DNA from: Candidatus Latescibacterota bacterium
GTDB lineage: Bacteria > Latescibacterota > UBA2968 > UBA8231
DNA: 64,000 bases
Assembly (NCBI GenBank): GCA_965248265.1
Contig: CBDFJF010000002.1
Span: 1,440,001 to 1,504,000, forward strand
Direction of reading: 5' to 3'
Part shown: in pieces, positions 39,507 through 50,332 of the stretch
Layout of the letters: every line of letters starts with the position of its first letter
How positions within the stretch are numbered: the first letter of the stretch is position 1
Notes under the pieces: model-generated
The model's input: the letters and a program-made list of their open reading frames with translations, nothing else
Database searches by the model: none
What the model was told of the DNA's origin: nothing
Translations under genes and position numbers: made by a program

Positions 39507-40274
39507 ATGCGCGTCGTTACGTACAACGTATTGGGACTGCAGGGATATCCTCCAGGAGAAGCGCTGGAGGCTCTTGGGAGTTTTGGGGGTGACGCCCATA
39601 TTGACCACTTCGTGAAGGTGTTTGCCGAACTCGACGCCGACATCCTCGGCCTGGAGGAGGGCGTGACGGCGTCGATGATGAAGGGGATCGCGCAGAAGCT
39701 GGGGTATCATCTGGCGACCTTTGCTTCGCCGACGGCTTATCCCGGGCATGTGCTTTCGCGGTATCCGATTCTGCAGTCGCAGGTCTTCAGTCACTTTGAC
39801 CCGACGGCGGAAGTAGTGCCCTTCAGTCGCACTGCGGGGGCCGCGTTGCTGGATGTGAATGGCGAGCAGGTTTGGTTCGTCGTCATTCACCTGCATCCAC
39901 GGGAGGTGGCCATGCGGGAGCATGAAGCCGATCTGCTCAAGGCACATATAGAAGAATTGATGAAGATGTCGGAGCGGATGGTGGTAGTAGGGGACTTCAA
40001 CTGTGATCTGGAGGAGCGGGTGCACGGGCAACTCAAGGGGTTGGGTTTCGTCAACGCCATGGAAGGCGCCGGCGGTGGTGTCGAGTTAACGATGGATACG
40101 GTTGGGATCAAGCAACTGCAGATAGATCACATCTACGCCAGTGCGGCGCTAGCGGCGCGACTGCAGAGTGCCCAGGTGGTACGGAGCCCGGGTTTTCGCC
40201 ACGATGGGCCGCAGGTGGCCGGATTGTTTGTGCACTCCGATCACCTGCCAGTGGTGGCGGAGTTTGGCGGATAG
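39507..40274 (+). CDS. Endonuclease/exonuclease/phosphatase family protein
   Basis: TYNV, LGLEE, GDFN, IDHIY, SDHLPV. Confidence 0.88.
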   Translation: MRVVTYNVLGLQGYPPGEALEALGSFGGDAHIDHFVKVFAELDADILGLEEGVTASMMKGIAQKLGYHLATFASPTAYPGHVLSRYPILQSQVFSHFDPTAEVVPFSRTAGAALLDVNGEQVWFVVIHLHPREVAMREHEADLLKAHIEELMKMSERMVVVGDFNCDLEERVHGQLKGLGFVNAMEGAGGGVELTMDTVGIKQLQIDHIYASAALAARLQSAQVVRSPGFRHDGPQVAGLFVHSDHLPVVAEFGG

Positions 40275-40276
40275 CA

Positions 40277-41509
40277 ATGGCAAAACCAAAAGAAGTCGTC
40301 ATCGTCGGCGCCGGCATCGCGGGATTGAGCGCGGCGTTCCACCTGGCTGACAAGGGGGTCGAGCGGGTCATCCTCATCGACAAGGGTCGCGTGGGCTCGG
40401 GGTCGAGCAGCCGCTCGGGTGCGGTCAACACCATGATGATGGCGACCGAAAATGCTACCCGCGCCCGTGGTGTCAGCTTTGACATTTTCGAGCGCTTCGA
40501 CCGTCTCCTCGACGACTACGAGTTTCATCAGGACGGCTGCATGGGGATCTACGACTCCGAGCAACTCGCAGCGGCTTCCCAACTCCACGACATGCACCGG
40601 GCAGCCGGCGCCCGCTTCGAGATCCTCGATAGCAAACAGATCCAGAGCCGGTTTCCCGATCTCAACGTCAAAGCTGACGAATGTGGTGTCCTCGATCTTC
40701 GAGGTGGTTGGAGTGAACCCGACCGCTACATACCCGCCCTTACCGCCAAGATTCGGGAAATGGGTGTCGAGATCCGCGAACACCAGGCGATCGAGAGCTT
40801 TCTTTTTGACAATGGCGGGATCGCGGGGGTTCGCCTTCGAGGAGCGGGTGATCTGCGTGCCGACGCCACGGTCTGTACCGTCAACGCATGGGCGAACTCA
40901 CTGCTTGCCCAGGTTGACCAACCCTTGCCGGTGCGCAACTTCGTGCATGAGCGCTTCGTCACCAAACCCTTCGATCATCCGCCGCGTTTGCCCGCCGTCA
41001 ACTGCGACGCTGCTGGATTCTATTTTCGTCCCACCGAGAGCAATGGCCTGCTGCTGGGCGCCAACAACCTCGAGGCCGAGCAGGTTATCCCCGACGTCGA
41101 CTTCGACTTGGGCGAATTGACACCCGCCCCGACCAGTCTTCCATTCATTCTAAACGTCGCAGGTACTTACATCCCCCTCATGCAGGACGCGACCGTCGAC
41201 TACCATCGCGTCGGTCTGATCAGCTACCCGATTGACTTCATGCCCAATATCGGTCCCGTCGCGGCTTTGCCCGGTCTCTTCCTCGGCACCAACTTCTGCT
41301 CGGGCGGCTTCGGCCATCATCCAATGGCCGGCCAACTCATCGCCGAATACATCGTCGATGGCCAGACCTCCTTCGAAGGCAGTGATTTCGACCCTGACCG
41401 ATTCGCGGATTTCGACACCGAGAGCTTTCTTGTCAAAGAAATGTCGCACGAGGACATGGTTGAGGTCCATGCCGCCAACGCCAGAGGATTTGTCCGCAAG
41501 CGTCACTGA
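40277..41509 (+). CDS. FAD-dependent oxidoreductase (DAO / sarcosine oxidase beta-like)
   Basis: IVGAGIAG, GSGSSSRSG, DFMPNIG, FDPDRF. Confidence 0.88.
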   Translation: MAKPKEVVIVGAGIAGLSAAFHLADKGVERVILIDKGRVGSGSSSRSGAVNTMMMATENATRARGVSFDIFERFDRLLDDYEFHQDGCMGIYDSEQLAAASQLHDMHRAAGARFEILDSKQIQSRFPDLNVKADECGVLDLRGGWSEPDRYIPALTAKIREMGVEIREHQAIESFLFDNGGIAGVRLRGAGDLRADATVCTVNAWANSLLAQVDQPLPVRNFVHERFVTKPFDHPPRLPAVNCDAAGFYFRPTESNGLLLGANNLEAEQVIPDVDFDLGELTPAPTSLPFILNVAGTYIPLMQDATVDYHRVGLISYPIDFMPNIGPVAALPGLFLGTNFCSGGFGHHPMAGQLIAEYIVDGQTSFEGSDFDPDRFADFDTESFLVKEMSHEDMVEVHAANARGFVRKRH

Positions 41510-41659
41510 GTCAAGGAGATTCCAAGCTCTCTCACTCCAGTGGGGCAATACCTATGCCACGTACCAACTCCGGTCAATGGTCTACTGTCGTCGTTGGCCG
41601 CGGCCGGAGTTGATACGGGGAACATTGAACGCCGGTGCTTGAGTCGGCCCCCGTCTGCT

Positions 41660-43387
41660 TCAACCGTCGGGCGTCAACGAATCCAGGACGTCGCCGATGT
41701 CCAGTCCAATAGCTTCTGCTGGAAGCTTTATCCGGAAGGTCGTGCCTACGTCGACCTCGCTGTCGACCTCTACCTCGGCGTCGTAGGGTTTGAGAAGCTG
41801 CTGCACGGTGTACAACCCCAATCCGGTGCCCTCCTCGCCATCATCGACAGATTTCTTGGTAGTAAAGAACGGCTGAAAAAGCTTTGACATGTCGGTTTCG
41901 GCGATGCCACAGCCGGTATCCGTCACCTCGATGACGACGAAACCTGTTTCTGCCGCGGTAACCACACTGAGCTTTTTCGGTTCTCGATCACGCATGGCCT
42001 GCACCGCATTGCGCAGGAGATTGCCCACAGCCTGGGAAAGATCGGAATAGACGCACTCGACGGTGGGTATGTCGGGTGCCAGACGGATGTCCTGCTCGAC
42101 CTGGTGCTTGAAGGTCCGGTCCGCCCGTAGAAAATCCAACTCACGCTGCAACAAGTCGTTCACGCTCACGGCCTCGGGCGCCTTTTTCTGACGGCTCTTG
42201 GCCAGCACATCTTCGATCATTTGCGCCATCTGCTGCGCGGCTGAGAATATCTGCCCAACGTCGGTGATTTCGGGACGTTCACTCTGCATCAGCTCTGAGT
42301 GCCCGAGGACGACGGACAAGGGGTTTCTGAGATTGTGCACGATACCGGCGGTCACGATGCCGACGGAAGCCATGCGCTCTGACTGAATCAGATGCCGTTC
42401 CAGACTCCGGCGTTCGTCTTGTGCCCGCCTCTCCTCAGTAACGTCCCGGAACACGACCACGGCGCCGCCCGGCGCATCGGTTTCGCGGATCGGCGTGGCC
42501 ACGTAGTCGACGGGAAAGCTGGCACCGTCTCTTCTCCAAAACACTTCGTCACTGCGCCGCTCTTCCACTCCCTGCTTGCAGCTTGCCATGATGGGACATC
42601 CGCAATCAGCATCCGGCTGGGTATCCCCGTCGGAGTGGTGACAGAATTCGAGGTGTGACCGAGAGACCAGTTCCACTGCCGGCCAGCCCAACATGTCGGC
42701 TGCCGCAGGGTTGGCAAAGGTGAGACATCCCTCGGCGTCGAGTCCGAAGATGCCTTCACCGGCCGTGTTGAGAATCATCTGGTTCTGACGGTTGAGGCGT
42801 TTTGTCTCTTCTATCAGGCGGACGTTGTTGACGGCCACGGACGCCTGAGAGGCCAGCGAAACGGTCAGCTCCTCGTCATCGGCAGAGAACGACACCACCT
42901 CCCCCGAGTCGGGATCGAGCGCGTTGATCAGCTGCAGGACGCCGATGACGCGCTTCTCATGATCCTCCATCGGGACGACCAGCATGGACTTGGTGTGATA
43001 CCCGATCATCTGATCGTAGGTCTTGGGTGTAACAAACTCGTGTTTTTGATTGTCGTAGACATCGGCTATGTTCAGCACCTCGCCAGTCATCGCTGAATAG
43101 CCAGAAGCGCTGTTGCCGCTGATCGGTACCGGGGGAATGTCGTCGGTTTTCAGACCGTCTTCGGCGCTCGTATCCAGGCTGTCGTTATGAGCGACTTCGA
43201 ACGTGAGATGGTTGCCGCTTGCGAGGTATAGCGTGCCAGCATCGGCTCGCGTGAACCGCCTGGCTTCAGCCAGGATGCGATCCAGCAGGGCCGTGAGATT
43301 ATGCTCGAGCGAGAGCGCCACGCCAATCTCGTTCAGGCGTCGCAGGCGGCTCCTGAGCTCGCTATCACGCTGGTTGTTGGAGGTCAT
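41660..43387 (-). CDS. Cytoplasmic sensor histidine kinase (GAF-PAS-HisKA-HATPase)
   Basis: GAF (IGVLQLIN), PAS (EGIFGLD..NPAA, FWRRDG), HNLRNPL, NLLRNA, DTGCGI, FQPFFTTK, GTGLGL. Confidence 0.93.
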   Translation of the reverse strand: MTSNNQRDSELRSRLRRLNEIGVALSLEHNLTALLDRILAEARRFTRADAGTLYLASGNHLTFEVAHNDSLDTSAEDGLKTDDIPPVPISGNSASGYSAMTGEVLNIADVYDNQKHEFVTPKTYDQMIGYHTKSMLVVPMEDHEKRVIGVLQLINALDPDSGEVVSFSADDEELTVSLASQASVAVNNVRLIEETKRLNRQNQMILNTAGEGIFGLDAEGCLTFANPAAADMLGWPAVELVSRSHLEFCHHSDGDTQPDADCGCPIMASCKQGVEERRSDEVFWRRDGASFPVDYVATPIRETDAPGGAVVVFRDVTEERRAQDERRSLERHLIQSERMASVGIVTAGIVHNLRNPLSVVLGHSELMQSERPEITDVGQIFSAAQQMAQMIEDVLAKSRQKKAPEAVSVNDLLQRELDFLRADRTFKHQVEQDIRLAPDIPTVECVYSDLSQAVGNLLRNAVQAMRDREPKKLSVVTAAETGFVVIEVTDTGCGIAETDMSKLFQPFFTTKKSVDDGEEGTGLGLYTVQQLLKPYDAEVEVDSEVDVGTTFRIKLPAEAIGLDIGDVLDSLTPDG

Positions 43388-43514
43388 TTCACCCCATCCC
43401 GGTTTGTGCTTCGACCCCTACGTTACGCAGTATTCGCGGGGTATCCAAGTACTGCGTGCGGATTGCTCTGAAGATGAGTATCACAGACTAATAACGCCGG
43501 AGGAAGGGAATGCT

Positions 43515-43577
43515 ATGTACGTAGGCTGTCAGGCCATGATCCAGGCGGTCACCAACGAGTGCCGGTCCCTATATTGA
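43515..43577 (+). pseudogene. Possible internal-deletion scar of a mannonate dehydratase-like gene
   Basis: GGAGGAAGG RBS-like motif, then MYVGCQ joined in frame to AMIQAVTNE. Confidence 0.35.
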
Positions 43578-43583
43578 ACAGAA

Positions 43584-44591
43584 TCATTCGGCCAGGAATG
43601 CAACCACCGATGCACTCACATCCTTGGCGACACGCTCGTAGTACTTGTCGAACTGCAGCCCGGGTCGTGTCTCGTCGTCCATGGCCATTGGGAAGTCGTA
43701 ACGGTACTCCTCGACCCTGTTGTAGACCACGTTCTTCAATCTGTAGTCATACAGATCGACCTGGATCTGCATACTCACGTTCAGGACCCGTTCCTGTGTT
43801 GCTGCGGCGGATCCACGCCAGCGCGTACCAAACGTTAGGATGTCGAGGTGGAGGGCACAGTCTGGTTCGACTCGTGGCGTGGGCGCGATCACCACCCATT
43901 TGACGAGATTCGATGCCTCCATCTCGCGTCTCAAGTAATAAGCCATCGGGTCGGTCACGGCTTTTCGACCGAGCGGTGTGCCAGCTCCGACCCCTGCAGG
44001 AGGCAGATTGGAGTTTCCGTACAGAGGGCTCAGCTTGACGACGTCTGATTCTCCTGCACTGAAACTGCGCACCCTCAACATCATGCCTACGCGCTCCGGA
44101 AGCCCCGTGAAAACCGCTACCGTGTCGGGGTTGACGCCGATGGCTGAAAGCAGGATCGCTCGCGCCCGGTAGTCGGGCATATCGTCGGCGCGCTTCGCCG
44201 CGTCACTGAGGAGATCGGACAACGAGTAATCACCCTTCTTTTTCAGGATCTTGTCCGCTCTTTTTCTCAACTCCCTGATGAGCTTGTCGACGTTTTTCGG
44301 GGTCGCCCTGCGGCCTCCGAGCGAGATCAGCTCCATCCAGGCCGGCGACTTGCTCTTGCGTTGCGTTTGGAGCTGGTTCAGCAATGCTCGCAGGCGCGGT
44401 CGCAGATCGGCAACTTCAAGTCCGGTGTCGTTGCTCAGTCGATCGAGAAAAGCGTGAGATCGCTCGGGATCAGGCCTCTTTAGTTGGTCGCCGAGCGCCT
44501 CGAGAACCTGCTGCCGCAGGTCCACCTGCGCTGTCGTCACCGCCGGGATCGCCAGCAGGACAACCCAGGTCAGGATCCATGTGCGTGGCAT
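43584..44591 (-). CDS. Secreted hypothetical protein
   Basis: Signal-peptide-like N-terminus MPRTWILTWVVLLAIPAVTTA; no family recognised. Confidence 0.6.
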   Translation of the reverse strand: MPRTWILTWVVLLAIPAVTTAQVDLRQQVLEALGDQLKRPDPERSHAFLDRLSNDTGLEVADLRPRLRALLNQLQTQRKSKSPAWMELISLGGRRATPKNVDKLIRELRKRADKILKKKGDYSLSDLLSDAAKRADDMPDYRARAILLSAIGVNPDTVAVFTGLPERVGMMLRVRSFSAGESDVVKLSPLYGNSNLPPAGVGAGTPLGRKAVTDPMAYYLRREMEASNLVKWVVIAPTPRVEPDCALHLDILTFGTRWRGSAAATQERVLNVSMQIQVDLYDYRLKNVVYNRVEEYRYDFPMAMDDETRPGLQFDKYYERVAKDVSASVVAFLAE

Positions 44592-44776
44592 TCGAATTTT
44601 CCGTGTATCGTAGATGACTGACCGCGAATGATACAGCGCGGAGTGTGGGTTGGCAACCTGCTCGTGATCGCAGTGGTGGGTTGCCCGGGTTGCACTCACC
44701 AAACACATTTACCTCACACGAATTGCTCCGTAGTTCAGCGGGCGAAACAGATATCCTGGATGGAGTCTACGAGACG

Positions 44777-45469
44777 ATGGCGAATAATCCGTATATCAGT
44801 CCGAAGCTATTCAAGTTTTTCCGCGACCTGAGGAAGAACAATGATCGTGAATGGTTCGAAGACAACAAGCAGCGCTACGAGGACGACGTGCGCGGACCCT
44901 TGCTCGCCTTCATAGACGACTTCGCCGAACCATTGTACAAAATCAGCCCCCACTTCCGTGCCGACGCACGCAAGGTAGGAGGATCCCTATTCCGCATCTT
45001 CCGCGATGTGCGGTTCTCGAAGGACAAGACGCCGTACAAGACCCATGCGGGCGTGCATTTCCGACATGAGAACGCGAAAGACGCCCACGCGCCGGGGTTC
45101 TACCTGCATCTGGAACCGCGGGAGGTCTTTATGGGCGCCGGCATCTGGCATCCGGAGACGGCGGTGGCCAGGCAGATCCGGGCGGCTATCCTCGAATACC
45201 CTGATACATGGAAGAAGGCAATGAAGAGCGCCGCGTTCGCCAAGAATGGGTTCACCCTCGATGGCGAATCCCTCAAACGCCCGCCGGCTGGTGTCGACGC
45301 CGATCACCCCATGATAGAGGATCTGAAGCGGAAGGACTTCATCGCGATCGCGGATCTGACGGAAAAGGAGGTCTGTGCCCCCGGTTTCCCGAAGGTCTTT
45401 GCCGAGCGGTGCAAGTCGACGTCTGCCTTCGTGGAGTTTCTGAGCCGGGCAGTGGAACAACCGTTCTAG
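44777..45469 (+). CDS. DUF2461 (TIGR02453-type) protein
   Basis: NNDREWF, FRIFRDVRFSKDKTPYK, GFYLHLEP, LKRPP, LKRKDF. Confidence 0.9.
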   Translation: MANNPYISPKLFKFFRDLRKNNDREWFEDNKQRYEDDVRGPLLAFIDDFAEPLYKISPHFRADARKVGGSLFRIFRDVRFSKDKTPYKTHAGVHFRHENAKDAHAPGFYLHLEPREVFMGAGIWHPETAVARQIRAAILEYPDTWKKAMKSAAFAKNGFTLDGESLKRPPAGVDADHPMIEDLKRKDFIAIADLTEKEVCAPGFPKVFAERCKSTSAFVEFLSRAVEQPF

Positions 45470-45678
45470 CCTAGCTGACATCCCGGACCAGCGTGTGCCG
45501 TCGACCGGGTGGGATCAAAGGGTGTTACGAGCGGAAATACAGAGGCAGTATCATTCCGGCGAGTGACAGCCAGCTCATCAGGATCAAGCCGTAAGTCCAG
45601 CGGAATTGGCTCGCTGTTCGTGCCTCCGACCGTTCGATTCGATCAGAGGTTTCCTGGCGGAGGGCTTGACGGCCGATA

Positions 45679-47526
45679 ATGTCGGAAACTTGGCCTCAGT
45701 GTATGACCGGGCTGCCGCAGCACTCCGGTATGCAGTTCGCCAACGGGAGAGTACCAGTGGTTGATGGAAATCCTTCTTCATCCGCACGCGCTGGGGAACT
45801 GGCACAGGGCCTGTACCCCCACCAGATAGAAGGTCTCGCTTTTCTACTGGGCCGGCGGCGCTCCATCCTGGCCGATGACATGGGGCTCGGCAAGACGCGG
45901 CAGTCGGTTCTCAGTATCGTCGAGGCTGAACCCGAGGGCCCGTACCTGGTGGTGTGTCCGGCGTCGATCAAGCACAACTGGGAGCGTGAGATCCACATGG
46001 TGCTGCCGCGTGCGGAGACGGCCATTGTCGGACCGGACAATCCTCCTGCTGCCGGCTATCGTGGATGGGTCATCATCAACTACGACATTCTGAAGAAGCA
46101 CATCGATGTCCTGGGGACACATCCGTGGACCGCTTTCGTCTTCGACGAGGCCCACTATCTGAAGAACCACCGTACCGTGCGCAGCCGACTCTCCACTCAG
46201 CTGGTAACCGAAGCAGCCGGAGATCCGGTCGTTCACGTGCTCACCGGTACGCCGCTGACGAACCGTCCGCGCGATCTTTTTCCGCTGCTGCAACTCGTCA
46301 GGCATTCACTGGGGCGCAGCTTTCTCGCGTTCAGCAAACGTTACTGCGACGGACAGCGCAATGACTACGGACACTGGGTTTCGGCCGGCTCCAGCAACAT
46401 CGAGGAGTTGGCGGTGCAGTTGCACGGCATCATGTTGCGACGCACCAAGGACGAGGTCCTCGATCTGCCGCCGAAGTTGCGCACCTGGATCGACGTCGAC
46501 ATCCACGAGCGCGCCCGGGAGAAACTCAACGAGGCCGTGCGATCCTTCCTTGGTTCACCGACCGAGGAGCCCGAGCGCGATCAGCGTGGCCGCCGCCGGG
46601 GGATCGGTCAGTTGTCCTCGGCGCGGCGCACCCTGGCCGCGGTGAAGGCCAAGCAGACCTGCGAATTTCTCGACGGTGTCGTGGATCAGGGCGAGAAGGT
46701 TCTCGTGTTCTCGGCCTTCATCAATCCGATCCAACGCTTCCGCAAGCACTTCGGAGAGCAAGCTGTGACCATCACCGGGGAGACGCCGGTGGGGCAGCGC
46801 CAGGGTCTGGTGGACCGCTTTCAGACGGACAACAGTGTCCGTGTTTACGTGGGCCAGATTCATGCCGGCGGCACCGGAGTCAACCTCACGGCGGCGCGGC
46901 AAGTCGTGTTCAACGATCTGGACTGGGTGCCAGCCAATCACTGGCAGGCGGAGGATCGCGCCTATCGCATCGGACAGACGGGCACGGTCAATGTCACCTA
47001 CATGGTGGCCAGGGGTACCATAGAGGAATTCGTCCGCACGGTGCTCGAAACCAAGGCGCGCATTGTTGATGATCTGGTGGAGGGCAAGGCGCTGGGCGCC
47101 GATCTCGACAGTGATGTCATGACCGAGCTGCGCCGGATGATTCGCCTGATAGACCGCCAGTTCGAGCAGGTGAACAAGCAGGTTGCTTCAGAAGAACAGC
47201 TGACTGAGATACTGCGCGCGGCCGGAGAAGCTTATCTGGACGATCAGGCGGAGCACCTGGGCAGGGCCACCCGGGAAGCGCTGATCCCGGTTTCCGAGGG
47301 GGCGATCAAGGCACTTGCCCAGGTTCTGGAAGGACCGCAACGAGCTATCTACCGGATCGCTAGCTCACGCGATGAGAGTGTTCACTACACACTCGAGGTT
47401 GTGGGTGGGGACATCACCTGCGACTGTAAGGGCTTCTCTTATCGGGGAGCATGCAATCACTCTCGCACATTGAAGGACAAGCTGGTGTCGGGGGAAAGTC
47501 TGCCCGAGTATGAAAAAGTAGAATGA
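45679..47526 (+). CDS. SNF2-family helicase with C-terminal SWIM zinc finger
   Basis: LADDMGLGKT, DEAH, LTGTP, QAEDRAYRIGQ; C-terminal CDC..GACNH; true start may be downstream. Confidence 0.9.
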   Translation: MSETWPQCMTGLPQHSGMQFANGRVPVVDGNPSSSARAGELAQGLYPHQIEGLAFLLGRRRSILADDMGLGKTRQSVLSIVEAEPEGPYLVVCPASIKHNWEREIHMVLPRAETAIVGPDNPPAAGYRGWVIINYDILKKHIDVLGTHPWTAFVFDEAHYLKNHRTVRSRLSTQLVTEAAGDPVVHVLTGTPLTNRPRDLFPLLQLVRHSLGRSFLAFSKRYCDGQRNDYGHWVSAGSSNIEELAVQLHGIMLRRTKDEVLDLPPKLRTWIDVDIHERAREKLNEAVRSFLGSPTEEPERDQRGRRRGIGQLSSARRTLAAVKAKQTCEFLDGVVDQGEKVLVFSAFINPIQRFRKHFGEQAVTITGETPVGQRQGLVDRFQTDNSVRVYVGQIHAGGTGVNLTAARQVVFNDLDWVPANHWQAEDRAYRIGQTGTVNVTYMVARGTIEEFVRTVLETKARIVDDLVEGKALGADLDSDVMTELRRMIRLIDRQFEQVNKQVASEEQLTEILRAAGEAYLDDQAEHLGRATREALIPVSEGAIKALAQVLEGPQRAIYRIASSRDESVHYTLEVVGGDITCDCKGFSYRGACNHSRTLKDKLVSGESLPEYEKVE

Positions 47527-47544
47527 GCACCGTTGCGAGGTGGT

Positions 47545-50302
47545 TCAATCCGCGCTTACCAGCACAAGCCGCAGCCCAGTGATTCGCACGCGCACGCTGT
47601 CGAGCCCATCGGCCAACGCCGACAGTTCCGCGCGCGCGGCCTCGATTTCCGTTTGACCAACCGCCGCATTGACGCGTGACAATTCGATCAAGCGCTGCAC
47701 TGCCGGCTCCAATACACCTCGCATGCGCTCCCGCGCTGCTGCCGCGATCTCGATGCCGCGGTCGGAGGCGACGTCGCGCGCATTCTCCAGCAATCCCGGC
47801 AACAGCGAGCCTACCTGCGGCAAGTCGAGGACGGAGCCATCCAGCCCTTCCAGGCGGTCGCGCATGTCGATCTCATCGACGCTCTCGCCTTCCATGTTGA
47901 CGACGACGCGAATCGGGGTGGGAGGCAGGAAGCGATCGGCCCGCAGGTGCTGGTCCAGGGTGGTGTCGGCAACGTAGAGTGCTTCGAGCAGCAGCCCGGG
48001 GTCGCCGCCGTTAAGCCTGGCGACTGCGGCGTTGCCGATTTCGTGCTTCCAGCAGGCTATCGACGGTGTCGCGAACCATAGGGTGGTCCCAGGTCAGCAG
48101 GACGCGATCCGGATGGTCGAGGGCGGTCGGACGATCGAAGGTCACGCCCATCTCATGGCCGACGAAGCCAGGGAAAGGGCGATGGTAGTTCATGCCGGTG
48201 CGCACGGCGTAACTGCGAGGTCCGGTAACCTCGACATCGAGATCGTGGCGTTCAAAGGCGTCGACCATAAAAGATTCTAGCTCGTCACCACTCTCCATTC
48301 TGCTGATGGTTTGCTGCAACTGATGACCAGCCTGGACATCGAACGAAGTCAGTTCGAGCAAGCGGTCCCGTCCCGATTCCAACTCCTCGATAATCTCCTC
48401 GTTGCGCGCCGCACCGCGTTCGACCAACTGCTCGATCGCCGTCCCATCCTGGGACAGCAGCGCTTCCATCAATTCGTCGCCAAACTCGCGCTCGATGGCA
48501 GGCGAACCGTGCCAGGGCCGATCGAAGATATGCAGGGCTTCAGCGTACCACCGTCGCAACCGGGCCTGCGGCGTGCCTGTCATCACGAGCGGATAGAGGT
48601 GCACTTCGTTTCCCTGGCCGATGCGGTCGACACGGCCAATGGCCTGCTCCAGTCGATCGGCGCTGGTTGGCAAATCGAACAGAACCAGATGTCTGGCTAC
48701 CTGAAAGTTGCGCCCCTCTGCGCCGACGGCGGAACTGACTACCACCTGCGGACCTTCGCTGTCGAGAAACCAGGCCGCCTGGCGATCGCGTTCAATGTTG
48801 CCCATGCCCTCGTGGAAACGCGCGACCTTGCGCTGGGGAGTCTCCAATGCCCGCGCCAGTGCCTCGACCTTCAAACGGTTCGAACACAGCACCAACACCT
48901 TTTGGCTCGCATGAGTTGTCAGGAATTCGCCCAGCCAGACAACACGAACGTCCTGCGCCGTTGCGGCAAAGCGAAAACTCTCGTCGCGACCGATATCAGC
49001 GAGAAATTCACGGTGCACGCGCTCGGAATCGCCTTCCTCAAGTTCGATCACGTGTGGCACGCGACGTGGAAAGCCGGGGATGCGCGCGCGGACGTTGCGA
49101 AACATTACTCGCCCAAGGCCATGCAAATCGAGGAGGCGGGCAAGTAGCAGGTGCTGACTCCGGGGGTCACCGGAGACCAGCAGTTCGTCGATGTCGTCGC
49201 CGGCCAGACGCTCCTTCACCAGGGCGCGATCATCACCGTCGAGCGGGTCGCCCCGTTGCAGACGCTCCGCCACGTTGGCCAGCTGACGATAGTTCTGAGC
49301 GTCCCGGTAGTAAGCATCGATATCGTGGAATCGAGCTGGATCGAGCAGAGCGAGGCGGCCGAAATGGGCCTCCTCTCCGTCGCGGTCGGGGGTTGCGCTC
49401 AACAGCACGACATGCTCGGTGCGCTCGGCGAGCTGTGTGACGAGGGCCAGCTCGGCGCTGTCCGGCTGCAAATGATGAGCCTCGTCGACGATGACGATAT
49501 CCCACGGGGTCTCCATGAAGAGATCGCCGACTTCGACACCGAGGGGGCAGATGAACAGCTGCGATGAGAGCAGTTGATCGGGCAACTCCTCACTCTCGAC
49601 GTTGATGGTGCCACCGCCGTGAGTGTCCTCGCCCATGACACTGAGAACCAGGTTGAAACGCAGGTAGGCTTCGGCCAACCACTGATGCACCAGCGCGGGC
49701 GGAACCAGGATGAGAACATTCTCCACACGCCCCGTGAGCAGCAGGTTGTGGAGGATCAGCAGGGCTTCGATCGTCTTCCCAAGGCCGACTTCGTCAGCGA
49801 GCAAGACTCGTATCCGGTGGCGCTCGCAGACATCGCGGGCGATGGACAGCTGGTGATCGAAAAGACGGATGCGCCCGCCGACGAAGCCGCGCGCCGGCGA
49901 GGCCAGCATCTGGTGGCGGACGAGAAGGGCATCGTGGCGCAGGTCGAAGAGACGGAAGTCATCGACCTGACCGCTGCGCAGGCGATTTTCGGGGGTAGCG
50001 ACATCCACTTCGGCATGAAGCTCAGATTCGCTGAGCTCGCGACCCTCGCCCCGGTAGAGCAGGAGCGAGTCAACCTCGAGGACCTCCTCGACGTTGAAGC
50101 TGTGGCCATCGCGATCGCGCGCCTGCTGGCCTTCGGTCAGGCGTGATCGAGCCAGAGGGGGGTCGCCTGTGGCATAGCGGCGCACGACATCTCGCGCGGG
50201 AAATGCCATGATGACCTGTCGACCTTCTACCGCCTCGACGAGGCCGAGACCGAGTTCGGGTTCGGTCAGGCTGTGCCAACGTTGGCCGGGAGTGAAATCC
50301 AC
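47545..50302 (-). pseudogene. rapA: RNA polymerase-associated protein RapA, split by a 1-nt frameshift near 48048
   Basis: PGQRW..EPELGLG, LLADEVGLGKT, DEAHH, EGRNFQ, EQAIGRVDRIGQ, TWDHP; the shifted frame continues KHEIGNAAVA..DRFLPPTPIRV to 47545. Confidence 0.88.
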
Positions 50303-50332
50303 TGAGGTCCTACCGATGGGTGTGCTACCGAT

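Noticed and set aside
38697-40274. NYN nuclease plus EEP protein as a defence system
   Set aside because: LabA-type NYN-LOTUS and EEP proteins are common housekeeping families and there is no defence-island context
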